The position numbers and the translations under genes were made by a program. A stretch of DNA of 37,951 bases from Paraphysomonas bandaiensis (lineage: Eukaryota > Protista > Chrysophyceae), in assembly GCA_965644295.1 (NCBI GenBank), contig CBFFRP010000301.1:1-37951 (forward strand). Reading direction: 5' to 3'. Under the pieces are notes generated by a model. It had not been told where the DNA came from. It saw only the letters and a program-made list of their open reading frames with translations, and searched no databases. Positions 1 to 10,823 of the stretch are shown here, in pieces. Position 1 is the first letter of the stretch. Each line of letters opens with the position of its first letter.

Positions 1-912
1 ATAAGGACTGGTGCTTGGTCGGTAGAAATATTTATTCATTCTCTGAAACTCCTCCTTAGTTTTCTGATACAACGCAGGTGGAATCCTCCTCATATTCCTG
101 GGCTTAATACGATCGGGAATACTATTCTTGGTCTGTAATCTCAATGGTTTAACATGTTGAATACCTTTCCAATCACAGGGCACAAACACATCAATTGCCT
201 CCTCCTTTAGGAATTGAACCACATCAGTCGCACTAGCAAATTCCGAATTAACTCTAGACTCCACTTCTTCCAAATACAACTCTCTTGCTTTCGCAACTGA
301 CACTTCCAGAAAATTCAAAATTCCTCCAAAACTACAAGGCTCTGGTATTAGGTCATCCTCCTCAGCACATTGATTAACTGGATTCTCCCATGGTTGTATA
401 ACTGAACCGGACACAATATAATTCTTCAGTTCCTCAACATCATCACTAACAACTGCCAACTGAGACAACAAATTATTTGAATCATTACTCGCTGATTTAA
501 TCATTTTGATAAATAATTCACTGAAATGTTCACATATTGTAGGCAATCCGATAATGATATCCTTTGTCATTCCTTTCAAAATATACAGTTTAACCCATGC
601 TTCGTACTCCTTATCATGATCTTTGAATACAATTTTCACTGGTACATATCCAGGTATGACTACCTCCTGTCCATTTGCTACTCTCACTATTAATTTATTA
701 TAAATGACATCCTTTTCCAAAAAACGTTCATATCTCTTGTAAAACTTATCCGATATAAAATTATTCGAACTGGCACCCGAATCAAACAAAACGATATCGA
801 CATCAATCTCTTCACTATCACTATTTACAATGACACCACAACGATGAGCAGCAGCTCTAAACTCCTTGCATGAAAATTGATTCAAGTTCACAACTGCTGT
901 TAACACCTCTAG
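1..912 (-). CDS. pol: Pol polyprotein N-terminal part (aspartic protease and start of reverse transcriptase), partial
   Basis: Open frame from 912 to the window edge, absent from the ORF track: LEVLTAVVNLNQFSCKEFRAAAHRCGVIVNSDSEEIDVDIVLFDSGASSNNFISDKFY...RVANGQEV...IIIGLPTI...RPSTSPY. DSGA is at 772-783. Same frame as gag. Confidence 0.88.
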
Positions 913-2670
913 TCACAAATCATCATCGTTATCATCATAGTCAATTTCTTCGCCACTACCACCACTATCCGTATCTGCTTCTGCTCTCAAGTGACTCAAC
1001 AATTTGACTTTGGGTTGATGTTTACCAGTTCCCGGGATTTTCCTAAAATGACCTGGATTAGACGACTGATTCTTCTGTGGAGGCGCATTAAAAGACGGTT
1101 TTGGTATCAAACTGAATCCTAATCGAGAACCCATCTTCTTAAAAGCTTCATTAAGAATTACCTTATCATGTGAAAATTTACAATTCTTCTCTTTGCAACC
1201 ACCTTCCTGAGTCATCTGTCTATAACATGGTGACTGTTCCATATCTTTCACAACTAAGACACTGTTTTCCTCCTCACTGGGATTATCCTTATCACTACTT
1301 CTTTCAAAAGATAAATCATCTGCTCCTTCTGCTGAATTCACAGTTTTCACATCCCCTTTCTTCTTAAAATTAAAGCGGAACCTCCGTTTAAACTGCTGGT
1401 GCTTCTCGTCTAACTCTCTCGTAATCTTCAAATGACTAAAGAACTCAGTAAGAAATGCTTGTACAGAGGCAAAATTCTCCACTTTCAGAAGTCTTCTCAT
1501 AGTATCCTTCATGCTAAATGGAATCAACCTCATGAAAGTCTCCAGAGAACCCCCATTCTTAATTGTTACTAATGGAATACTTTCATACAAACCATTACTT
1601 TTGCACGCATCAACCAAGAATTCATAACGCTGTGTAAACTTTGTTTCAAGAATGCATAACTCCTCATCAACTCTCTTAAAATCCTCCAACTTATCCATAT
1701 ACACTTGGTACGCAGTGCAAGATTTTAACAACATATCATTAAATGCGACTACATCCAGTGGCCTGATATCATGTTTTACTGCAGACATTATATCAGTTAT
1801 CGAAGCATCATTACAACTCAAAGTAGTTGGATACACATGAGGAAATAACCCCATTAAAGTATGCTTCACAGTCTCTTTGGCTCGACCCTTGATCAATATG
1901 AATACTGAAGGAATTGGCTGATCATAATTGCACTTCTCAAACTCAGCTATATCCTCAAGAAACCGCATGAACTTATCTAAATCAATTTCCGAAAGCGAAA
2001 TCGTTCTCTTATATGACTTGTCCTCAGTTGTCAACATAATCTTCTTGACTTGCCTCTTCTCTGCTTCAGCAACCGCTTCCTGTACCGTTTGTAGCGTTTG
2101 TCTCTTATCCTGACGGGGTTGCACTATACTGCTCTCCTCCAAAATACTCTGAGTGGCATTTCTAACTCCCTGTCGAATAGCTGTCTCAATTTGTGACTGC
2201 AATAGAGCTGGATCAATGTACTGCTCTGTATGATGATGAGTAATGGGTCCTACATTAACTTCAATACCCCTAGAAGTAGTTGACGCATCTTCATTATGAA
2301 TTATATTCGATATGTCCTCCTCACGAGGTACCACTTCATCTAGACCTACAACTGAAGCTGCTGGTGAAGTCCTCCGAGATCTTATCTCTTCGACTGCTGT
2401 AAGACGTTGAGTAACTTCAACTCGAAACTCATTGAAATTCTCCTCCTGCCTTAGCTGTTGCTGGTTAAGCTGATGCATGTCCTCCCGAAGCTGCTGGTTC
2501 TGCTCCTGCAACTGCTGCTGAATATCGTCCCGAAGCTGTTGATTCTGCTTCTTGGAACGCTCCTCCTGCTGCTGCAACTGCTGCTGAATATCCTCCCGAA
2601 GCTCATCCCTTAGCTGCTGAAATTGTTGACTGAACATGTTGACCATGTCTTGGAAGCCTTGAGGCTCCAT
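913..2670 (-). CDS. gag: Gag-like protein, 585 aa, with Q-rich coiled-coil N-terminus and C-terminal CCCH zinc finger
   Basis: Intronless ORF directly upstream of protease/RT; repeated QQLR(D/E)D motifs; C-x9-C-x4-C-x3-H at 1168-1227. Confidence 0.8.
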   Translation of the reverse strand: MEPQGFQDMVNMFSQQFQQLRDELREDIQQQLQQQEERSKKQNQQLRDDIQQQLQEQNQQLREDMHQLNQQQLRQEENFNEFRVEVTQRLTAVEEIRSRRTSPAASVVGLDEVVPREEDISNIIHNEDASTTSRGIEVNVGPITHHHTEQYIDPALLQSQIETAIRQGVRNATQSILEESSIVQPRQDKRQTLQTVQEAVAEAEKRQVKKIMLTTEDKSYKRTISLSEIDLDKFMRFLEDIAEFEKCNYDQPIPSVFILIKGRAKETVKHTLMGLFPHVYPTTLSCNDASITDIMSAVKHDIRPLDVVAFNDMLLKSCTAYQVYMDKLEDFKRVDEELCILETKFTQRYEFLVDACKSNGLYESIPLVTIKNGGSLETFMRLIPFSMKDTMRRLLKVENFASVQAFLTEFFSHLKITRELDEKHQQFKRRFRFNFKKKGDVKTVNSAEGADDLSFERSSDKDNPSEEENSVLVVKDMEQSPCYRQMTQEGGCKEKNCKFSHDKVILNEAFKKMGSRLGFSLIPKPSFNAPPQKNQSSNPGHFRKIPGTGKHQPKVKLLSHLRAEADTDSGGSGEEIDYDDNDDDL

Positions 2671-2767
2671 GGCTCAATCACACGAAAACTAAACACACTT
2701 ATCTCTTGGGCTCAATATATATTAACTTGGTACAAATATACTGCTAAGCTAAGCTAAGTAATATTAC

Positions 2768-3407
2768 TGTAACTTTTCTGTGCCCGCAGATGACTCACAA
2801 ACCGTGACTCAACTCTGAATGGACCAAGAAAAGATGATCTCTTGTCTAAACTCTACAACCCACCAAAATAGTATCCGCCAGCGGGCTGCGATACTGTCCA
2901 GGGCGCAACGACGGGCGCACTGCCAGAAACACTAACAAACCGTAGGTGCTCTTTAAGAAAAGTAAATTATAAAGTCAGCGACAAGAATGAGCAAACACCC
3001 ATCTCGTTCAACGTAGATCAACACTACACTACGATCAACACTTCACACTCGAAAAACAATATTCACGTACTAAAACCAATATTCACATACGAAAACTTCG
3101 ACTATCTACGAAATCACGTATTTTGTACTAAAACTTCGAAGTTCTGGACTTCAGTCCAAATCAAATGTGAATCGCCGTCAGAAACTGAAAAACGTATCTC
3201 AGCTACTAAACTGAAAGCCTCGAATGTCGTAAACTGATAAAGGTAAGTCCCAAATACAGTGAATATACCCTGTATATGACAACCTCTATATGCATATGTA
3301 TACCATATATATACCATATACTGCTCCAGATATATACGATATATACACACTATATACAGCACAGTATTCTATATACAAATACACGCAGTGTATACTGCTG
3401 CGTGACA
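2768..3407 (-). repeat. Candidate 5' LTR of the Gypsy element
   Basis: Minus strand reads TGTCAC...GTTACA (TG...CA ends, 5/6 inverted match) and ends about 100 nt upstream of the gag ATG. The second LTR is outside the window, so this is unconfirmed. Confidence 0.45.
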
Positions 3408-3459
3408 GTCTACTCTAACACTTGACACGTTACAGGTCTGTAATAGGCTGCAGGCTGAT

Positions 3460-4719
3460 ATGAGCAGCTTTACAGCTGCGTTCAAAGAGAAACATTCTGC
3501 TGAAGAAGCGGCAGAGGCAGCGCAGCGTGCCCGCGACGAGGAGATGCGGGAAGCCGGTCGACAAGAAGAACGGGCTCGGGCTGTCTTAGACTACCAGTAT
3601 TTTAGGTCTCTCACAGACGAACCACACTCTTCAAAACGATTGCCAGAGCGTGACGCTAGCCAGAACAGTCCAGAGTCTGGTGAAGAATGCAAGGTCTCTG
3701 GCAAAGACCCTTCTGACCCTTCTGCCACTAGTGTAAATAGTCGACCTAATGGTTATAGACACGGTGTATATAAAACAGGCCCCCATGGCGGGAACAGCTG
3801 CTGGACGAAATATGTGACTCTGCTTCGACATTTTTTCCAGATAATGCTTTCGCAGAAGCTGGAAGTCAGGCTGATATTTTGCGTCGAGGAAACAGGGGGC
3901 GAAAGGTAATGGCTTCATCGCACACCTTGCACTTACCGGACCCTCCCGCTGCGTGGTTGCGACGGCCCTGTTCCTCTGATCTTGTTCCGCCACCGAAGCC
4001 TGATCCCCCCGCTCCTGACAGTGACCATGAAAAAGAAACACAGATAGAGGGTCCAAGTGTACGACATAGCGTTGTTAGTCGCGCAGCCCGAGATGTAATT
4101 GAGGTTACCTTAAATTCCGCTATGAAGACCCTCAGCATGCGTTTACCAGAAAAGGAAGTGAAGTCGAAGCAAAGGAGTCAAGTACTACAATGATTGCTAA
4201 TGATCCGGAAGTAAAGAAGAGTGACGCACCGATTCCATCATCTGCCCCTGACACAGGGAAAGTTACAATGTCCAAGGATGACCTCAAGACGCTGGACGAT
4301 TTTTGCTCGACAAGCATGCTGCAGACCTTTCACCTCACCTTCACTCTATACTTGATTTTACACCAACGGGTCGGGCACCTATTGCCTTTCATACTATGGC
4401 AGATGTTGAAACAGCATGGGCACGTCCTGCAGGCCGAAGGGTTAGAAGTTTAAATATGCAAAGCGGCAACTACAAACCCTCTGCACCATTTGTGCATATA
4501 GAGATGCAGGCGCCCCCTCAACCTCCGCCTGTGGCAGCTCGTCATACGAAGAGACCGTCAAATATTACCTCCTCTTCACAAAATTATGACTATAGCCAAA
4601 ACAGACGTGAAAGATCGCCTCACATATCAAACCTGCAGAATGATAGTTCTTTTCACTCAAGGGAACGTTACCTTCGAGATATGAGGGCATTTCGACTACA
4701 ATTCAGCAGTAGTTGCTAG
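3460..4719 (+). pseudogene. Frameshifted ORF of unknown function
   Basis: Four overlapping protein-like + strand frames (3460-3909, about 3774-4193, 4190-4453, 4303-4719) that hand over to each other without convincing introns. Confidence 0.4.
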
Positions 4720-5760
4720 ATGTATTTATCACAATGTGTACGTTATTAGTCCATAATATCCATAAATAACTTTATGAATTGTTGATATAATACAGAAAGT
4801 TGCTCATAATTGTCCTACACTTCGTGTAGTTGTTTTGTGTGTAATCTCGAAGTGTACGTAGTGAATAACGCGAGCCGTAAGAGGGATTGGCGTGAAGTTA
4901 AAAGATATATAATATGTAATATCCCTAGATACTAGGGATGCGAAACAACTTATCGATTTCCAATAAGTGAAATTGGGACAGGAAATGACAATGGCAAACA
5001 CAATAGACTAAAGCCTGCTTCAATTGATTATAACATGAAATATAAGTAATACGATCAATTTGATAATGGTCAAGTCATGTGATTGGAGTTTTGCTGGTCA
5101 AGGAAGGTATTTACTTTATGACTACATTGGAAATCGTGCTGATTTAATACGAGTAAGCTTGATAAGCATGTAGAATGCACTGATTCGATAAAATAAGATT
5201 TAAGGTTAGTCTTGATATTTAGCAAGGATATACTTGATATTATTAGAGATAAAGATTGAACGATAAGGCCTAATAGTATAATAGCAAGACATGTTTGAGC
5301 AGAGCGTTAGCACCACACGTGTGCGTATCTTGTACAGTCGCGTATCATGTATAGTTTGGTAATTATTCAGTCTATTTGGTATTTCATTGTATACGTGTGT
5401 TGTATTCACGCGTTAAGAGATATATGTGAATCAATGACTCCTAATACTCCTCCTCAATGAAATAATCATATGACGTATACATAGATATATGGATATAGGT
5501 GTATATATTTGGAGATAGTTCTACTGAGGGTAAAACCCACGAGTGCAATCACAGATTGTGGATTACACTGATGTCAACATACAGCATACTCGTGGGAAAC
5601 TCCGTAGATCTCTAAGTCATCCATCGTGGTCTCTTGGTTGAGTTCTCTGCCGGTGGGATAGATACTTTTGTTCTTTTATTGCTAGCAGGTATGTTGATAC
5701 CTCCCCCCCCCATTAGTGAATCCCGCAATCTGTGGAACGTGTTTGATGTGAGGGGTTTAG

Positions 5761-7256
5761 TTAGAATGTCGGCCAGCATATATAAGCAGCCACGTGGCCT
5801 TTGATGACTGTGATTCTTGTCGTGATGTATTGGAGGCCATCCTGTGGATCTGTGTGGGTCATTCCAACGAGGTATTGGAAGCTCTCGGCTATTCGATTCT
5901 CTGAATTTTCTTCTCTCAGTGATGATTCGATTTCAGCGTAATAGTTTTCTTTGACGTCGGGGATGCACTCATTGAAAAAGACGTGACTTGAGATTACAAA
6001 GTCCTTGAGTGAAGGTACATATATGACGTACCCTGGTCCATCCTCTCGGTATCCCATGAAGTACCCAATATGGCTGTGTGGAGACCAATCGTTTCTTCTC
6101 TGAGACTTGTCTATGAATGTATGGCATTTGCAACCCCAGATCCTGGCGTAAGATAAATCGGGGGCCTCGTCGTGGATGAACTGATACGGTGATATGAATC
6201 CCTTTGCAGTGGCGCATGGCAGGCGATTTTTCCTATGCGTGACGGTGGACATGGCCTGTTCCCAGAAGTTGGGTGGTAGGCCTGAGTTGCAAATGGATGC
6301 AAGCGTTCTTTCCTTGGTCGTGCGCCATGGTCGTTCTTGAATGGGGTTGTCTTCAGGCGTGTATGGAGCGTTGAAGGTCCAGGTTGATCCTAATTTTCTC
6401 AGCAAGTTCAGTACACGATGTGATACTAGCTCACGGCCACCATCAGCATGATAGTGTATTAGCCGTTTGCCTTTCGAATGCAGATAATCCACAATTTTCT
6501 GAATGCACTCAATGACAAAATCCTCGGTTCTGTGTTTTCCATAGAATGTCCAACTGTATCTTGAAGCTGCATCGGTAGCTCCGAAGACTACGGTGTTTCC
6601 TGTGACTATTGCTGGAGGTGAAAATGGTCCAGTAAAATCAACTGCTATAAGCCCTCCAAGCTCCTGCGATCTTCTGGTTTTTGTCGGTATCATTTGCCTT
6701 GTCTCGCGCCTATGTTTCCTCCTGTGAGCCTTGCCTTGCGCAGCCATCACAAAGGCCTTCAGGTAGCTGTGGCGAGCTCAGGTCGGATTTTGAAATGGTG
6801 ATTCCTTTTACAAGATTCAATTTTAGTGCTTTTTGAATTAAGCCAGTGGATGCGTGGGTCAACCTTCAATGTGCCAGGGAAATCGAGGAACCGCTGGATG
6901 TAGATGCCAAGTTGCACTGGTCTTGGATGTAACCTAAATCGGATAATTTGACCTCGTATAGACCGTTTTGTTTCCTGGCTGTGGTTAACAAAATTCCATC
7001 GTGGTATACGCGTGCCTCGTTTGGTTCGAATATAATGTTGCAGTCGGCGTCTGTTGTCAACTGGCTGATAGAAATTAAAGTCTTTGACGCATCCGGAACT
7101 AACTTGCACTTTCTGATTAGTCCAAGCTTGCCGTATCCCAATGCCTGCATTTCTGATCCTGATTTGGCGGTGTAAATTGTGGTTTGGTCATAAGTGAATT
7201 CGGAGAGTAAGCTTCGTGCTGCTGTAATTGATATTGTGCAGCCAGAGTCTAGAATG
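5761..7256 (-). pseudogene. pol: Copia pol pseudogene (protease-integrase)
   Basis: Premature TGA at 6866-6868 (CGA in the duplicated arm), a frameshift near 6735-6745 between CDGCA and QGKAH, and termination at 5761 with no RT. Confidence 0.85.
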
Positions 7257-7715
7257 CCGAATTCACTTATGACCAAACCACAATTTACACCGCCAAATCA
7301 GGATCAGAAATGCAGGCATTGGGATACGGCAAGCTTGGACTAATCAGAAAGTGCAAGTTAGTTCCGGATGCGTCAAAGACTTTAATTTCTATCAGCCAGT
7401 TGACAACAGACGCCGACTGCAACATTATATTCGAACCAAACGAGGCACACGTATACCACGATGGAATTTTGTTAACCACAGCCAGGAAACAAAACGGTCT
7501 ATACGAGGTCAAATTATCCGATTTAGGTTACATCCAAGACCAGTGCAACTTGGCATCTACATCCAGCGGTTCCTCGATTTCCCTGGCACATCGAAGGTTG
7601 ACCCACGCATCCATTGGCTTAATTCAAAAAGCACTAAAATTGAATCTTGTAAAAGGAATCACCATTTCAAAATCCGACCTGAGCTCGCCACAGCTACCTG
7701 AAGGCCTTTGTGATG
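6745..7715. repeat. Long inverted repeat: 459-bp arms (6745-7203 and 7257-7715) with a 53-bp spacer
   Basis: The arms are reverse complements with three differences found; mirrored ORFs appear in the track (6948-7175+ / 7285-7512-, 6759-7109- / 7351-7701+). Confidence 0.95.
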
Positions 7716-7826
7716 TGATTGGAGTTTTGCTGGTCAAGGAAGGTATTTACTTTATGACTACATTGGAAATCGTGCTGATTTAATATGAGTAAGCTTGATA
7801 AGCATGTAGAATGCACTGATTCGATA
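7713..7826 (+). repeat. 114-bp direct duplication of 5077-5190
   Basis: atgtgattggagttttgctgg...cactgattcgata occurs at both sites with one C/T difference (atacgag vs atatgag). Confidence 0.93.
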
Positions 7827-7993
7827 CTCATATAAACAGCTCTTCAGAAGTAGTGATATGTAATTTATATAAGCAAGAGAAAACTGCTAGCCACTAATGC
7901 GCCCGTACCACGACCGGTGTTCTCATATTATTACAAAACTTCATACAACTGACTCATATCTTCAAATCATAGAGAAATCAGTCCATAACAATC

Positions 7994-9029
7994 TCATTCC
8001 GTTCTCCATCTATTCCCACAAGTCAAGCATGTCACAAAAAGAGTCATAGGTTCATCAGAACTTCTTGTTTGGAGTGCATAAAAAGTAGTTTTCGTCTGTT
8101 TACACTTGAAACATTTAAATTCTGTGCCTTTCGTTGGATCCAGTCCATTTTCTTTCATTATCTCATTTCGATGAGCTGCCTTCCAATCCGATCGTCTTGA
8201 ATCTTCTGCCTCAGCACTGGCTTGATTACGTTCTTCCAATTGGTCACGCGTCGCCAGGGCCGACGCAGGAAGGCGAACAAGTGATTGGACAGAAAGTGAT
8301 CCGCTCGATAATTCTCTTCGCAATTCCTACATGAATATCACGCATAATGTTCTATTCAAGATATATCGTAAATATTACCGCGTTATTCTTCAAATTAGAT
8401 ATCAACTTCCGCGCTTTCGACTGATACGATTTAATATCAGTGCCAAACGGGTGCAGCTCGTTTAAAGAAGATTCGATGCCATAGCCAAGGCCCTCAGCAA
8501 TGTCAGAATCCAACTCTTTAAATATTCCAATAAATACCGACAAAATCTATACAAACATTAGGCAAATTGTTGGAGAATCATCATCAACCTTTTTTCGACC
8601 TTCCGGATAATCGTCGATTTGCAGATTACTGTTTCTGAGAACCACATCAGTTTTTACTGCAGGCTTCGGCGCAGAAGACGTCTGAGATTTCTGTTCCGCT
8701 TGTGCAGGTGGTTCTAAATCCTTTGATTTGTTGTAAATCTCTTTCCATTTTTGGATCAATTCTTTTGCTAGAGTTACTATTTCTCTGTCCTCACTACATT
8801 TTTGTTTCACTGATTTAACTGTGACGCTAACTTTCGTAGATTTTAATACACTAAGTGTAATATTAACACCCTTCAGTGAACGTAATATATCAACAATAGT
8901 CTCTCTCTGCAGGAAAGTTAGTATGTATTAGATGTAGATATATAGCAGTCGTATTACCGAGTCGGCCTTTTCAGCTCTCTCCAAAGAATCCCGAAGAGAT
9001 ATCACGTCAGCAGATATTCGACTAGACAT
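7994..9029 (-). CDS. TFIIS: Transcription elongation factor S-II (4 exons)
   Basis: C-terminal Zn ribbon CFKCKQ...LQTRSSDEPMTLFVTCLTCGNRWR; N-terminal domain LKSTKVSVTV...AKELIQKWK; ATG at 9029; introns at 8907-8957, about 8547-8588 and about 8327-8379. Confidence 0.95.
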
Positions 9030-9148
9030 ACCGTCAGATAGTAAAAATTCAGTGAGATAAAGAAAGCGGGAGACACTTTTCAGTCACAGTGATTACCGCC
9101 TTTAATAGAATGTTGCTACATTCCACAAGAAGGAGCTTCACACACAAG

Positions 9149-9443
9149 ACATACATACATACATACATACATACATACATACATACATACATACATACAT
9201 ACATACATACATACATACATACATACATACATTCATACATACATACATACATACATACATACATACATACATACATACATACATACATACATACATACAT
9301 ACATACATACATACATACATACATACATACATACATACATACATACATACATACATACATACATACATACATACATACATACATACATACATACATACAT
9401 ACATACATACATACATACATACATACATACATACATACATACA

Positions 9444-9477
<34 letters not shown>

Positions 9478-9724
9478 CATATATACATACATACATACAT
9501 ACCTACATACATACATACTACATACTACATACTACATACATACATACTACATACTACATACTACATACTACATACTACATACTACATACTACATACTACA
9601 TACTACATACTACATACTACATACTACATACTACATACTACATACTACATACTACATACTACATACTACATACTACATACTACATACTACATACTACATA
9701 CTACATACATACATATACACACAT
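9149..9724. repeat. Compound microsatellite (CATA)n followed by (CATACTA)n
   Basis: Directly visible; the unit switches to a 7-mer near 9512. Confidence 0.97.
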
Positions 9725-10108
9725 GACACCCCGGATATCTCACCCCGGATGACACCATTTGGTATGGAGTCTCCAAAAAACTTAGGTGACCGCTCCTCTC
9801 GGGGTGTGGCCGCCGTCCCTCCACTTTATATCATTTCCCAAATATTGTACCTACACACCTACGAATATACATAAATACCCGCAAAACCTTATATTTTCGC
9901 ACTCTCTTCTCTAGAATCCCCATATTTTTCACTTTTCTCATTCCCTAAAACCATATTATACAGTAATACAAATCTAGAACCCCACAATCTCATATGAACT
10001 GTACATACATGTACATGGCTGGACTCTCACTCTATTAAACATCACGAACTCTACATACATACATACACATCCCACACTCATCTATATAGAATAACTACAT
10101 ATATTATC

Positions 10109-10823
10109 ATGTATCAACAACATGATAATGATGATGTCATTATACCAGATCATCTTGCACGACCATTAGTCATTAGCTCTCATTTATTATTAATATCTGC
10201 AATTATTGGACTGATATATAAACGTTATGGTCTATTTATTGTATTAATTCTTGTATATGGAACATCTGTATGGCATTGGTATAAACCACGTTTTACTCGT
10301 ATTGCTAGATATATGGATTATATTGCAGTGTTTACTGCTATTGTATATGGTAGTTATGTTGCAAGTAGTTTAGAAACTATATATATATATATATGGTTTG
10401 GTGGTCTTGGGATAATAGGTGTTATATTTATTACAAATGAAGTAAGTATAGTTTGATATATATGTTGTCATATTGATAATCTTGTTCCAGACGATGTATT
10501 ATTATCAGACTAAACGCAAGCCTTATATGCCCTCTGCACACAAGAGCAATGAATCGACGAATGAATATGAAAACAAAATGAAAGAGACTAATAGTAGCGC
10601 CTCTAATGCTGACGTGGTGACTGACCCAGAACTATGCATAAGAGAGACTAACGAAACTGGTTCTTCCTGCTCTTGCCTCTCTCTTAATCCAACGGAGCCA
10701 TTCACTCCGGAAAGAGATATGGTTTACAAACGCGTAGTGGCAGTACACCTCTTTTGTGTGCATGTATTTGCTAATGCTTTGGCTCTCGTGGTCATTATAG
10801 GCGCCAGTAACGAGAAGATATAG
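10109..10823 (+). CDS. Hypothetical multi-pass membrane protein (2 exons)
   Basis: Exons 10109-10441 and 10491-10823 join in frame across a 49-nt GT-AG intron; several hydrophobic helices; TSVWHW...MDY and HLFCVH motifs. Confidence 0.75.

Larger units (their letters stand above)
1..3407 (-). mobile_element. Ty3/Gypsy LTR retrotransposon, 5' part (candidate LTR, gag, protease, start of RT); continues off the left edge
   Basis: Long gag-like ORF followed in frame by an aspartic protease motif (VLFDSGASSNNFIS ... DIIIGLP) and then KEEFQRMNKYFYRPSTSPY, resembling the start of a Gypsy RT. Protease directly followed by RT is the Gypsy order. The right boundary is tentative. Confidence 0.85.
5700..7715 (-). 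mobile_element. Decayed and rearranged Ty1/Copia retrotransposon (protease, GAG-pre-integrase, integrase; RT/RNase H missing)
   Basis: ILDSGCT protease, NGLY...LAH(R)RLTH...CDGC zinc-binding region, integrase core IAVDFTGP / HADGGRE / YTPEDNPIQER, and WGCKC...GYFMGY tail. Protease followed by integrase is the Copia order. Polypurine tract GGGGGGGGGAGG on the minus strand at 5700-5711. Confidence 0.9.

Noticed and set aside
913-915. Selenocysteine or alternative genetic code explanation for the gag TGA
   Set aside because: TGA terminates the TFIIS gene normally, no SECIS is recognisable, and the position at the gag-pol boundary fits readthrough better.
7310-7783. 157-aa plus-strand ORF as an independent gene
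   Set aside because: It is the inverted Copia arm fused to the duplicated 114-bp segment.
9049-9874. ORFs of MYVC/HTYI repeats (also 12926-13627)
   Set aside because: Translations of (CATA)n microsatellites.
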